Source: Calcarisporiella thermophila CBS 279.70
Lineage: Eukaryota; Fungi; Calcarisporiellomycota
Assembly (NCBI RefSeq): GCF_041956535.1
Contig: NW_027192208.1
Location: 149,036-213,035, forward strand
Length of the DNA stretch: 64,000 nt
Reading direction: 5' to 3'
Part shown: in pieces, positions 1 through 12,414 of the stretch
Layout: every line of letters begins with the position of its first letter
Position numbering within the stretch: the first letter of the stretch is position 1
The notes under the pieces: generated by a model
What the model saw: the letters and a program-made list of their open reading frames with translations, nothing else
Told to the model about the DNA's origin: nothing
The model's database searches: none
Program-made: the position numbers and the translations under genes

Positions 1-619
1 CCCATGGGTTACATCCACAGTTCTCCATGACAAGCGAATGGCTCCACCTGAAATGGCAACGAAGGAGAATGACGCTGATTCTGGCGTTGGAAGCAGCGTT
101 TCTTCACTAGAAGCACAAGAACCCGAGAAAACTGAGGAGAATGAAGCGAATGCCAAAGACGATTCAATGCTGTCACCTGGAGTGGCGGCATTGAAGGAGG
201 TATTTGATGTGTGCTATACGGTTCAGCTCATGGAGGAAGAGAGAGGAGTGGTGGAACGACTTCAAGAAATGGGAGAGAAAATGTCCATCACTGAAGAACC
301 GGAGACCTCTGTTCATAGGGGACAGCCCTCTCCACCTCAAGCAAACCAGGGTGGTGGAATGGCACAGGCGCAACAGCCCATGATCTATATTCACCCCTCT
401 CATGCATACGGCAATATAAACCTAACGTTATCACAGAATACCGACAAGATTAACAAGAGCTACGATAGACATGCAGGTCAAGAGCGACAGCGACAACATA
501 TGGCAATACGTCAGCAAATGAAACAGCATCAGGCCCGGTATAGGGCACAGCCTTTTAATTTGAACATAGACCGCGCCACCCTGCTGGAAAGGAGAAAGCG
601 ACGTGTTGCAGTATCTTAG
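1..619 (+). CDS. 3' part of an unidentified protein-coding gene (5' end probably outside the window)
   Basis: ORF 38..619 with natural Glu/Gln/Arg-rich composition, followed by a T-rich 3' UTR; no family recognised. Confidence 0.5.
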   Translation, partial: PWVTSTVLHDKRMAPPEMATKENDADSGVGSSVSSLEAQEPEKTEENEANAKDDSMLSPGVAALKEVFDVCYTVQLMEEERGVVERLQEMGEKMSITEEPETSVHRGQPSPPQANQGGGMAQAQQPMIYIHPSHAYGNINLTLSQNTDKINKSYDRHAGQERQRQHMAIRQQMKQHQARYRAQPFNLNIDRATLLERRKRRVAVS

Positions 620-760
620 CAACAGAACACATGTCCAGTATCTGTAATATTTTTCTTTTATCTTCCTCGTGTTCCTTTATATTCTTCTCGAGTATTTATT
701 CTTGTTGGTTATATATCATTTATTGTTTAATTAATCCTCCATTTTGAAAAATCGAATCTG

Positions 761-1743
761 TTATTTTGATGATGACTGCAGCGCCTTTCTCATGGATTCA
801 GTTGGACATAATTCAAGTGCCGACGTGCCCTCATGATCTGTAGCAGCCAAATCGCCGCGGTTGCTCACGAGAATCTTGGCTAGAGTGAGGTTCTCTGCCA
901 TGCATGCTGAGGCACTCGAAGGTATAGTTAGCTCCGAATAAAAAGACCAAGAAAAGGATTCCCTACCATAATGCAAAGGGCTCTGCCCATCCTCGTCTCG
1001 GATATCCACATCGGCTCCTCGAGCCAACAACATTTCAACCATTGGCGCATGGCCTCGGTCACAGGCCCAATGTAGTAGGGATAGCCCCTATTCATTCAAC
1101 TTTCAATGCTAATATCACAGGTAGATGTTGTCAGCGGAAATCATATCTACCTGTGCGTCTTTCTCATTTAGATCGCGTCCCTCTAGTAGTCGCTCCGCTT
1201 CTTTAACATCCCCCTGCTTCACGTAGTAGAAAATGTCCTTCGGTTCGTCACTATTCGCGAAATATTTTTAATTTCGCCTCCCTTAAAAGATATCAGAGTA
1301 GCTCCAAAGAAAAATGGTAACCTGTGTTCATCCTCTTCGTCAGCTAATTTACTCACAGCATTCGCAAGGGAAAATCGGGCGCCACTTCCCTGCTCACTCC
1401 CCGCTTCTTCGCGGCCCTGTGCTTCTTGGTTTCCTCCTATCCAGTCATTCACCAATGAAACGTAGCTCGATTTAGCCTCATCCTGACTCAGCGAGCATTT
1501 CTTCCAGCTGTCCCATTTAGCCCTCCCAACTATATCAAATAGCCCAGGCCGGGGTGTGGTGTTGGGACCGACAGTAGCTTGCTTGTACAGAGCATATAGC
1601 TACAGGTATACAAATTACTACGGTAAATTGGAATCACCTCAAGGCAATGAACGAACTTGGAGTTTGGCATCACTGGAGAGTGATATTTTGGCACTATTTA
1701 TTCGTTCTACGGCATTTTGAAATAGATAATCTAGATCGGCCAT
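761..1743 (-). CDS. Acyl-CoA-binding domain + ankyrin-repeat protein (ACBD6-like), multi-exon
   Basis: Spliced translation [15 protein letters not shown]|[32 protein letters not shown] (ACBP signature); ankyrin motifs [20 protein letters not shown]. Confidence 0.9.
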
Positions 1744-2048
1744 CTTCGTATAGATGGTGAATGGGGATTGCGAAATATATTGAGCGTCGACAAGTAATAA
1801 TGGGGAATATGAATTCGAAATTGGTTTCGTGACGCTCTGTGACTGCAAAAATGAAAATTTGTTTACACCCCTCACAAGCACATCCTATCCTCCCTTTTAC
1901 TTTTTTTCCCGACCCATTGTGATCTGCATTCCTCTTTGAGGTTACTGTTCATTTGCAATTTCGGGATTTGCCAAGGGATCTCCCAGATCTTCAGTTGAAG
2001 TACCCCCCGCATTTTCTAATTTTATCTTCATATACATAGCATATCGAA

Positions 2049-3232
2049 ATGGGTTTTAGTATGTGTTTTCTTACCCGCTCTTGCTCCTCTTAGTTAAATT
2101 AAACTCACTTCTCTTCTCCTCTCTATCTCTAGATCCAGCAGGTCGTGGGGGTGGTCGTGGAGGTGGCCGTGGTGGAGGTTAGTTTATTCTATAATTATAG
2201 TGCCATTTTAAGGCTGATTCATTCTAATCATTCTTGTCCCCTCTTATCTGAATTCGATAGGACGAGGTGGTGGCCGTGGGGGTGGCCGCGGTGGAGGTTT
2301 TGGTGGAGGTTTTGGTGGAGGTAAACTTCATATTTTTCTTGCTCCATCGAGTAAGAATGTTCACCTAACTATTTATTTTCTTGTTGAAATAATTTTTAGG
2401 AAGAGGTGGAGGCCGTGGTGGAGGCCGTGGTGGAGTCCAGAAGCGTGGTGGAGGTCGAGGAGGAAGTCGTGGCGGACGCGGGGGTGCTAGAGGAGGAGGA
2501 GGAGGAGCCAAAGGAGGAGCCAAAGTGGTGGTTGAGCCACATCGTCACGAAGGTGTGTTTGTTGCACGTGGCAAGGAGGATCTTCTGGTGACCAAGAATA
2601 TGACGCCTGGTGAGTCCGTATATGGCGAGAAGCGAATTTCAGTGGAGGGACCTGACAGCACAAAGACCGAGTACCGTGTGTGGAATCCCTTCCGCTCCAA
2701 GTTGGCTGCCGGTATCCTTGGGGGGGTGGACAACATTCACATTGCTCCAGGAAAGAAGGTCCTCTACTTGGGAGCAAGTTCCGGCACAACGGTGTCGCAT
2801 GTGGCCGACATCGTAGGACCCGAGGGAGTCGTCTTTGCAGTTGAGTTTTCCCACCGTTCCGGCCGCGATCTCATCAACATGGCCAAGAAGCGCACCAACG
2901 TCATCCCCATCATCGAAGATGCACGGCACCCACAGAAATACCGCATGCTGGTAGGTCTTGTTGACGTCGTATTTGCCGACGTGGCACAACCCGACCAGGC
3001 TCGTATTGTCGGCCTCAATGCACACCACTTCTTGAAGAACAACGGACACGTCGTGATTTCGGTCAAGGCGAGCTGCATCGACAGCACGGTGGATGCCGCC
3101 ACTGTGTTCGCAAGAGAAGTGAAGAAGATGGTAGAGGAGAAGATCAAGCCTCAGGAGCAACTGACCCTCGAACCGTACGAACGTGATCATGCATTGATTG
3201 TGGGTAAATACGTGCGGATAAAGACCAAGTGA
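2049..3232 (+). CDS. NOP1: Fibrillarin, rRNA 2'-O-methyltransferase; introns 2059-2132, 2178-2260, 2321-2399 split the GAR domain
   Basis: RGG repeats then [47 protein letters not shown]. Confidence 0.98.
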
Positions 3233-3516
3233 TTATGAAGCCTCCATCCTCCTTCACTCATTTCTCTTAATCCTTTTTTTTTTCTACGTTCTGTTCTTTG
3301 TGCTTATTTTTTTCTTTTCTTTTTCTTCTCTCTTTTTTATGTGACTTTATAAACTACAAATAGGACAAATGGAATTCTTTAAAGTACTTTTATCCGTCTC
3401 AGCGGGAACTCCACCTATAAGTCTATTCAAAATTTATATGAAATATAAAAAACAAAATGCTATTGCTCCAATTGTTATCATTTGAAGCGTTTTATAAAAA
3501 ATTTGGAAAAGATTTT

Positions 3517-3589
3517 TGGAGAACCCGGGTATCGATCCCGGTGCCTCTCGCATGCTAAGCGAGCGCTCTACCATTTGAGCTAGTCCCCC
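3517..3589 (-). tRNA. tRNA-Ala, anticodon AGC, intronless
   Basis: Reverse complement GGGGGACTAGCTCAAATGGTAGAGCGCTCGCTT-AGC-ATGCGAGAGGCACCGGGATCGATACCCGGGTTCTCCA folds as a cloverleaf; G3:U70 Ala identity pair; T-runs downstream. Confidence 0.97.
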
Positions 3590-4704
3590 AATTTGACCAC
3601 GAATTGTTAACGAAATATTGGTATTTAATACATGCATATAAAACTGCGCCACTAGAAACCAAAATAACATCTTTCTTAGCTCTTTAGGTTCCTGGAGCCG
3701 AATTGCTAGGTTGTGAGTTCGATTAGCGTAGGCGACATCCAACCACGAGTTTTTGCCGTGCTCTTCGTAGGAATTATTGATTGTTTATAGAATAGTTGCA
3801 TTCAATATCAAGCGGCTACAAACTAACCCTATTGTGAATACATAGATGCAACTTAGTCAAAGGTACTTTATTTCCAGGGTCGCATTTGAAAAAAAGAGAA
3901 TAATAGGGTTCGTATATTTGGTAATTAAATAACAATACAATACCGATATAGAGATTAGCAACTGCTAGAGGGGTAACTTAATGTAAAAAAAGGAGTCAAT
4001 GCCATGTCTCTTTACTTCTGCGGATAAAATCAACACGTATCGAAACGAGACTCCAGGACCAAATGGAATTTTCTCAACGCATCGATATGAAATTTTCTTG
4101 AAGTTTAGTCTCTGCGCCCTTTTGAAGAGACTCTATCATTCATAGCTGATTTCAACTAAAGCATCGAATTTCTGTTTTTAGAATGTGAAATCGATCCCGC
4201 TTTCTCAGCTAAGACAATTTAAGATGATTTCGAATATATTTGGGCAATATGACGTACGAGATCGATATCAGAGACTGAAAACTGCCAAATTTTCGCGCAG
4301 TCTGTATTTTTTATTAAAGTCTTTATGGTGGTGACCTTCATGATGAGATTGAATTGCCCTCATCGAATCGAATCAACCAGCAATTTCAGCCCCTAATTAA
4401 AATTCGTAGTATTTTCAATTCATGGTCAACAGATTGCTATCTTTTATGGGCGGATTAACGGTCGGACGCTCGCGAATACCGGATGAGCCTCAGATTAGTT
4501 CACGATGGTAAGTGGTTTTTCGGCTTTTAGCGCCGGATTTTTTAGCTATGGCTATCATCAGCGATGAATATGATTTTATGCATAATTAAGAAGCTAACTT
4601 TAAGATAATTACTAATTGTTATTTTTACCTCATCCACCTTTAGTCAGCGAACACGTGTGCCTCATACATTTGCACGCTGGTTCACAACCGCCGGTCTTGA
4701 TGCG

Positions 4705-5962
4705 ATGTTCGCACAGGAAACGCCACGCTTCGCTCGTCATCTACATCGTATGATTACGACAGAAAATGAAAATGGCTATGTATCGTGCCCAAGCCCACTG
4801 CCCAATCATGACGCGGCTTTGAAGCGGTCGGAGAGCGAGGGGAATCGACGGCGAAGACGGCGAAGCCCAGAGTCGGAGAGCGAAGGCTGTAGAGCGTTCA
4901 AGAAGCGAATATTACCTGCGCGAAAGCAGGGTTTGCTTTCCAGCAATCTCGAATCAACCTCGGATGAAGAAGAAATGGAAGAGATTTTAGAAAAGGATGT
5001 CATGTTGATAGTAGAGGATGAAAGCATTCTGATAAAATGTAATTTAAGAAAAGAGCGGGTGCGGCAACCGGATCAAAAACGACAAACCGAAACTGAAATG
5101 ATAGCTTCCGATATTGAGGTACCACGCTTCCGACATATTGGGGATGAGGAGATTTTAGGCAATACGATCGTGACAAGAAGCAAAATCTATCATAAGCCGG
5201 AGGTAAACCAGCCCTATCTTTGCATCAATAGAAACATCTCGTAGATCAATTTTTTTATTCTCATCTCAGTTAGAGGATATTTCAGACGATGCCTACCTAA
5301 AACGTCACCGCCGATACGAGCGCGCTGCCAAAATGGCCAAAAATCGTGAACGTGAACGACTCGCACACGAGCGCTACCGACAGAAGCTCGAAGTTGAGAA
5401 GCTGCGAAATATGGTGGAAGCCAATCAACTTCTACCCATGGCCGCATTTCGGACAGCTGAAGGGGAAAGGGAGCGAAAGCGATTAGAGTACCAACGACAT
5501 TTGCTACGGGAAGCAGAGGATACTTTACGGCGGATGGATGAATTAGGGTATGGGAATCGGGAGGAGAAAGAGCAGGGAAGAAATGTTGAGGAGGAAAATC
5601 GGCCACTGGCTGGCGATGAAAAAGAGAACGAGGATAGGGGGGGTAAAAAGGACGAAGGCGCGGATAGAATCAAGAGAAAACGTTCCAACTCTTCGGCAGG
5701 ACGGCGTACTGCTGCCGTTTCCTCACCTGTGTCGGTCTCTAATCTCTTGTCGCCGCGATCAATTCATTCTCGGTCTAGGCCCCATTTGACTACTTTCAAG
5801 CATAGCACTCCTCAGCTATCGGGAGGCCGAAAGAGCTCCCGCTTGGTGATCGCTTTTGGAGCACGATTGCCGCAGATGCCCGAGTCGGATTTCTTTCTTC
5901 CTGAACATGAGTTTGGAGATGCGATGCGTGCACGTTTGTTACCCGATTTTGTAAATTATTGA
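4705..5962 (+). CDS. PEHE/Sas4-like MYST histone-acetyltransferase complex subunit; intron 5203-5269; start codon uncertain
   Basis: IEVPRFR...LEDISDDAYLKRHRRYE..KMAKNRERERLAHE and C-terminal AFGARLPQMPESDFFLP. Confidence 0.65.
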
Positions 5963-6178
5963 ATGTGTTGTTTTTTTTTTCGGCTGACAATGTCACTTTC
6001 AGCAGTGTAGCATCATTTTACTGTTTATTTTTTTTCATTTTACATATATGTGTGTATATATGTAGGACATGTTCATTTTTCTGTTCCTCGCACTGTTTTA
6101 GTAATATATCTGATTCTTAAAATGCTCTGTTCTTTTTGCACACATAGGAAAAATCAATTACAAAATAAGGAGAAAACA

Positions 6179-6840
6179 TTATCGAGACTGTGGAGGGGGT
6201 TGTCGTCCTCCCTGGCGCATCCATGGAGGTTGTGAGTGGCCTGCTGGAGGTCTCCCACCGCCCGAATGGGGTTGAAAGCCAGGAGGGGGGGGACCTGGAG
6301 GTCCTCCGGGGGGCCCTCCTCCATAGGGAGGCATCCCCGGAGGTGGACCGTGCATACCGGGTGGAGGCCCTCCAGATGGGGGCATGGGGCCACCGAAAGG
6401 TGGACGGGAATAGTAAGGGGCACCACCGCCACCACCACCATATGGGAACATCATACCAGGAAAGACGGGAACACCGCTGTACTGAGGTGGAAGGACTGGA
6501 AAAATAGGGGGGAGAATAAAAGCAAAGTATAAAAGAGTAAGTTGCGGAGAGAAGAGAGGAATTTACACCGCTACTATAACATACCCGCACCACCAGAATT
6601 TTCATATGCTTTGGTGATTTGATCGATAATCTCCTGTGTTTCTTCCTGCCCCAGCTCAGCATAATAATTTCTTACATTCTCTAGATGCTTCTTGCCATGA
6701 TTATGTGATTTTCGCACAGAAGGGCTATCGTGAGTGAGAAAAATGTCGCAATAATCTATAGAGAGAATGAAAAAATTAGATAAAGAGTTCGATAATCTAG
6801 AAACGCAATCGATTCCATTACCGCAATAATACTTCGGCAT
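6179..6840 (-). CDS. YHC1: U1 snRNP protein C (U1C), 3 exons
   Basis: MPKYYC|[24 protein letters not shown] matrin-type zinc finger plus Pro/Gly-rich tail. Confidence 0.96.
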
Positions 6841-7979
6841 TATTTCCTAATATTTTCTATATGCTGATCGCAACCTGAGTGAAGGTATCTTCACCCAAAG
6901 ATCCTTTTGAATCTAAAGGTATTGAGCTTGGAAGGGAAGAGAAAACTTTGCTAATGTGGCGTAGTTATCCGGCTTGATTTATCAATTACCATGGCAATAC
7001 TGTAGGCAGCTAGTATGCAAATAGGCTATGGTAGAATTGAAACCCATGATGCGGAAAAAGAGCTGAAGCAAATACAAGTGGTACAGGACGCCTCTGGCTC
7101 TAGTCGCGACTCTGGAAATCTCCTCTCAGCAACTGATATCTTGAATATTGGGTGTGCAGAGGTCAAAGGAAGCGTTATACCCTCGGAGAAATTTGAAAGC
7201 GCTTTTAGAGTGCAATTGAGTAGCGCTATTATCTTATACGGCTGCAAACAAGAGAAAGCTTAACAGTAGATAAAATGGGCTCGGCTTTTATGCTAATGAC
7301 AAAAGGGTTTAGGAGAACCACGGTCGAGTATGTACTGGCAAGCTTTGGGAATGGGCGATTGTTACAAACATTTATCCCTGCATTATTGTGTTAGTCTTTT
7401 CATATATACCAAACGATATTTGCACTTGGACAGTCGGGTAGATCCTCGTGCTCTCTTCTCAATGTAGGTATGAAGAAGTTGTACCAGAAGAGGAGAGAAA
7501 AAACGGAGGCCATATGGGCATGGGTTGATTTTGGAGAAATACTGAAGGTTGACTTTTCTTCCGGTACTAAATCAGAAGCCCTCCCCCCCCCCCAATCAAA
7601 ACCCGGAATCTCGTTTGGTTTCCACGTTCTTTCTTGCACTAACGTCAGTGTGAAAAGAGCATAAATATTGACCGACTCTGTTTCCATCCCTGCAAACAGA
7701 TTCATCACAGCTCACCCGGCACGAACTAGGCCTAGGACTACCAATTTTACCAGTGATCAGAAAAGGATTTCAAGGCTAGCTAATTGATCTTTATTGCCCA
7801 TTCCAAGAGCTTCTTTACGCCTATTCTAGTGTTCGTTTGAAGTCCATATCCCCTTTTGAGCTTCCTTGACTACTGTAGCTCCACAACATACTTAGCTTTT
7901 CGCGCTTCTTTTCCAGTTGCATCCATCATCTACGTTTCTATCTAGTATTCGAAGCCTGGAAAAATCATCTGCTATCATC

Positions 7980-9531
7980 ATGTCTAAAATCTGGGTAGGA
8001 AATTTACCAGAATCAATATCAATCAAGGAGGTTGAGGATTATTTCAATGAGCACGGCCGAGTAGTCAGTGTCAATCTTAAATCGAACTACGGCTTTGTTG
8101 TAAGTTTTCGTCTATTTCTAATCCCTGATGACGCCACGGAACAAGGGGGGACTGACATGATCAACCTCAAAAAATGATTGAACATTATTCATCGGTAGGA
8201 ATTTGAAAATGAGCGCGATTGCCAAAATGTAGTTTCTCGTTGCGATGGTGCAGAGATTGGAGGCAGCAAAATCCGCGTGGAGCTTCCACGCCATGAAAGG
8301 AGAGATTTCGCAAGCAATGAATGTTTCAAATGTGGGCGTCCAGGCCACTTTGCTCGGGATTGTCCCTCCAACACCAGGTAAGATGATCTTTCACGCTGCA
8401 GAAGTTGCATGTGCGTCTTTGGAGAATTCCTTTTCCCCTCCCTTTCCCCTCCACATGGAGCGCGCCCCCGAACATTCATAATCAGCTCTTGGGCTCAAGT
8501 GGCTAGCATCCTTGTTATCTTCAGAGAGGGAGTGATGGAGTTGAACACGTTTTCTCCTCTGGATATGTTTGCTTGTGTCCTTCTTCCAACCTCCTTTTTT
8601 TTATCCAAACTCCTCCTTTGCCCGTGTTTTGGAATATCCAAGCCTGCTCTACCCTTCTGTACAGCAAATGTATACACAACAGGATCTCTAATTTATTCCC
8701 ATTTGGCAATAGTCCTCCCCCCAGAAGCCGCCATGATCGGCCCTCTGCCAATGGATATGGTAGGGACTATCCCCCACGAGAGGACAGATATCACCCAAGG
8801 TATGACCGTGGACCCGAGAGAGCGCCTCCCCCTGGAGGTAGGATGTATGACGAAGGATACTCCCGCAGAGACTATCCTCCCCAAGACAGATACAGTCGAG
8901 ACTATCCTCCTGGGCATTATCCGCCTCCTCCTCCTTCTGGCTATTCCCATTATAAAGATGACTATGACCATCGTCGCTATCCTCCGCCTCCATATAGTAG
9001 AATGGAACCCTATGACACGCGTTCCCCCGTACATCCCCCTGGTCCCCCCTTCCCTGGCAGAGATAGATATGCTCCCTACCCGTCCAGAGACAGGGGAATT
9101 TCTCCCCCTGGGCGCCGCTACTCGGATCGCCCAAGGCCTCCACCACGGTAAATACCGTTTTCTTCCAAGTGCTAGATTCATTGGATGCAGTCAGCGCTGG
9201 TTATTTACTTTTTTCTTTATCCACGCCAGTGACGTTCCCCCTAGTGCGGGGTATCGTGGAGGTTGGGATGATGCCCGCAATGGAGGCTATAGGTAAAACA
9301 TCCATATTGGTTTCACTTTCTATTCTCCCTAATGTCTCCTAATTTATGCGCGTGTTTAGTAGGTATGATCGTCGATCCGTCAGCCCTCCTCGAGGCCGTT
9401 CGCCCCCTAGATATGCCTCCAGGCGCCCCCCTCCGCCCCATGGTCAAGGACGCATGAGTCCTCCTCCACGCGGGCGGCCCCATTCTGAAAATAGGATGCG
9501 CCGAAGTCCTCCTCCTTTTTCCCGTCGTTAA
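7980..9531 (+). CDS. SR-type splicing factor with RRM + CCHC zinc knuckle + RS/RDY-rich tail (SRSF7/9G8-like); introns approx. 8100-8198, 8378-8712, 9148-9228, 9293-9359
   Basis: KIWVGNL (RNP2), NYGFV|EFE (RNP1), CFKCGRPGHFARDC knuckle, RSVSPPRGRSPP repeats. Confidence 0.85.
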
Positions 9532-9891
9532 GACAAAAAGATAGCGGTGGGTGAGTTCTTGGGATTCTAATAGTTATCAGTGGCATTTGTTACCTCCAAG
9601 AATTCAGTTCGCCTTTTTTTTTATCTCAATTCTACTTTATCTTTCGCGGTTGCGGATGGGATTTCTCTCGATGACCTCGACTTTTTTTTTTGTTTTTGGA
9701 TGAGTGATTGATATTTGGTATGTCTCCCCCCCCCCCCCTAATGGCTCGGGGAAAAAAAATAATAAAGTAGTCTTTTCTAATATTCGGATGGAGCTGAGAA
9801 TCAATTTGGTTATCTTCACAGTCACATTGGATCAGATTGTTGTCACAAAAATCATTCCACTGGTTACTCCTCACTCTCCCAACCAACCAAG

Positions 9892-12414
9892 ATGACCGTG
9901 GAGGACCGCTCATCTACCTACGTGATCTTGTATGCGTCCCAAACAGGAACAGCCGAATCCATTGCCCTGAGCATACAGCGGGATGCCGAGCAAAAAGGCT
10001 ACCAGGGCCAATGCATTGTAATGGATGATTATGAAAAGGTGACTTTCTGACTCGGGTGCACTCTGAATCTTGACCTTCCCTAACTCTAACTTGCACAGAT
10101 CAACTTTGAGTCGGAGCGAGTCTACATATTTGTTACCTCTAATACCGGGGACGGCGATCCTCCGGACAATTCGACCAAATTCTGGAGGTACATGCGCAAG
10201 CTCTCCAAAGGCAAGGAGAGTCCATTCACCGGAGCGCGGATAGCCATTCTCGGCCTCGGTGATACTAATTATGACAATTTCAACAATACCGCAAAGAGGC
10301 TGGAGAAGCGACTAGCTGATCAAGGAGCAGTGATGTTCTACGAGAAAGGTTTGGCTGATGACGCTACGGGGTAACGACTCTCTTTTATTACATAATATCT
10401 CTGAGGCAACCTTATTGATTATAGTTCGGTTTCTCTTCTACCACCTGTGTAGACTGGAGGCTGTGGTGGAACCTTGGATAGCCGGTCTCTGGCCAGCATT
10501 GGCAAAGGTGTGTATATCATCAAAAGAAGGTGCAGCCATACCCGGTTCGATACCCGAGGCACCTATTACTGTGGACAAGAAGGAGGTAGAGGAGCCCAAG
10601 CCCAATTCCACTGCTAAGTCGGAGACATTTGTGAATGGGGCAGCAGAGCCCGAGAATGATCTATCGGTGAACATCGAGGGCCTACGGATCGACTCGAGCA
10701 ACATGGCCAGCGAAGCCGTCGGCCATCCTATCGCCATTGACAGATCAGAGTTGGACTCGGCCAAAGAGCTAACCGGACTCCCACGCTTGCAACTTCCTCT
10801 CTGCCGTATCACCTCGATACCATCCACCCCCTCCGATTCACAGCCGGCTCGATCCTCCCGCCTCCCCGAGTTCGTCGCGACCCCCACCCCCATCCAAATG
10901 GCCAAACTTAAGAAGGCTCAGGTGTTGACAAAGGCCGGCGCTCTCAAGCGCACCTTGCACTTGGAGCTGGAAATCCCTGAGAGCGATCAACCCTGTTTTG
11001 AGCCTGGTGACGCGTTCGGCATCATCTGCCCTAACCAAGAATCGCTTGTATCTGCTTTATTGAAGCGACTCAACATTGAAAACCCCGACGCACGCATTCA
11101 GGTCGAGGGGGTCAAAGGGGACGCAAGTAGGTTGATTTTGGCTGAAGCTTCATCAAAGGCTGGTCCTAATGCTTTGGTCATGTTTTTCTTCCACTAGGCC
11201 TTCCATCCCATCTAAAGCAGGCGAAAAACACTACCCTCCGCGAACTCTTCACATATGCACTTGACCTAGTGGGCATCCCTCGGAAAGCCCTCTTCCGTAT
11301 GCTTGCAGAGTACACCAGCAACCCCGACGAGAAGAAGCTGCTGTGGTTCTTGTGCAGTAAACAAGGTAACCTCCATTTCGAAACTGCTTAGTTGGTCTAA
11401 ACCTGCTTTCGGATCTCCTCACCTCGACCCGTTTCCCTAGGTGCGACGGAGTTCAACAAGCTCCGCGACCAGCTTCCCAACCTGCTCGACATCCTCACCA
11501 CGTTCCCCTCCTGCTGCCCTCCCCCTGAGCGCCTTCTCGATACCCTCCCGGCCCACCAGCCTCGCTACTACTCGATCGCCAACTCGCCGTTTACCAATGC
11601 ACACTCTGTCCGTTTCGCTTTCAACGTGGTCGAGTACACCACACCATCTCCGTACAACGTTGCACGACGCGGCGTCTGCACCCCTTGGTTGGACGGCTTG
11701 TCAGGTCGACTGCCCGCAGGAGACCCGCTAACCGACGTCGCCTCGCGCAACGTGGAAATACCCGTCTTTTTCAAACCCAACGAGGCCTTCCACCTGCCCG
11801 CCGATACGCGCAAGCCCCTGCTGCTCATCGGGCCGGGGACCGGCGTTGCACCCTTTGTTGGCTTTCTGGAGCACCGCGAGCAGCAGCGCACACTGCGCCG
11901 CCGCATGGGTGGCATTGGTGGCCGCCATCCTTCGCGCGACGTGGACGCGCAATTTGGAGAGATCTGGCTCTTCTACGGGTGCCGCCACCGGGAGCTGGAC
12001 TTCCTGTTTCGCGAGCAGTTGGAGCGGTACAGGGAGGACAACATCGTCTCGGAGCTTGTGGTGGCGGTGTCGCGCGAAAGCAGCGAGGGCCCCAAGTACG
12101 TGCAGGATCATCTGCGGATGCGGGGGCGGGAGGTGTACAGCCTGATCGAGGAGAGGGGGGCGATGGTTTTCGTCTGCGGGGATGCCAAGGGGATGGCCAA
12201 GGGCGTCCACGACGCCCTCACCGACATATACGTGGAGCACGGGGGCATGGAGCGTATGCAGGCGATGCGGCAGTTGGCAAGGCTGATGGAGGAGAATCGC
12301 TATGTTCGTGATTTGGTATGAGCTGAATTAGATGGAAAATATTTTTTTCCCAAATGGGATACACCGGCTAACTTAATATCTCCTTTTTGCTTATGCTGAC
12401 TATAGTGGGCTTGA
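9892..12414 (+). CDS. MTRR: Methionine synthase reductase (diflavin FMN/FAD/NADPH oxidoreductase), multi-exon with terminal micro-exon 12406-12414
   Basis: [53 protein letters not shown] (MTRR-type), PRYYS, GPGTGVAPF, FYGCR, KYVQD, VCGDAKGMAK, RYVRDL|WA. Confidence 0.88.

Noticed and set aside
3960-4345. Possible small spliced minus-strand gene (MKVTTIKTLIK...)
   Set aside because: The spliced product hits a stop after about 40 codons and no family is recognised
6900-7900. Short ORFs between U1C and the SR gene
   Set aside because: No recognisable domain or consistent spliced model; may be promoter/UTR or a decayed gene
8123-8185. TGATGA...CTGA in SR intron 1 as a C/D snoRNA or hammerhead
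   Set aside because: Spacing too short, no clear terminal D box or stem, GAAC rather than GAAA; ACTGAC is explicable as a branch-like sequence
11568-12311. Long antisense and alternate-frame ORFs over GC-rich exons (also in BEM3, RCL1, NIS, BRN1, SUN, SKG3)
   Set aside because: Shadow ORFs caused by stop-codon scarcity at high GC3
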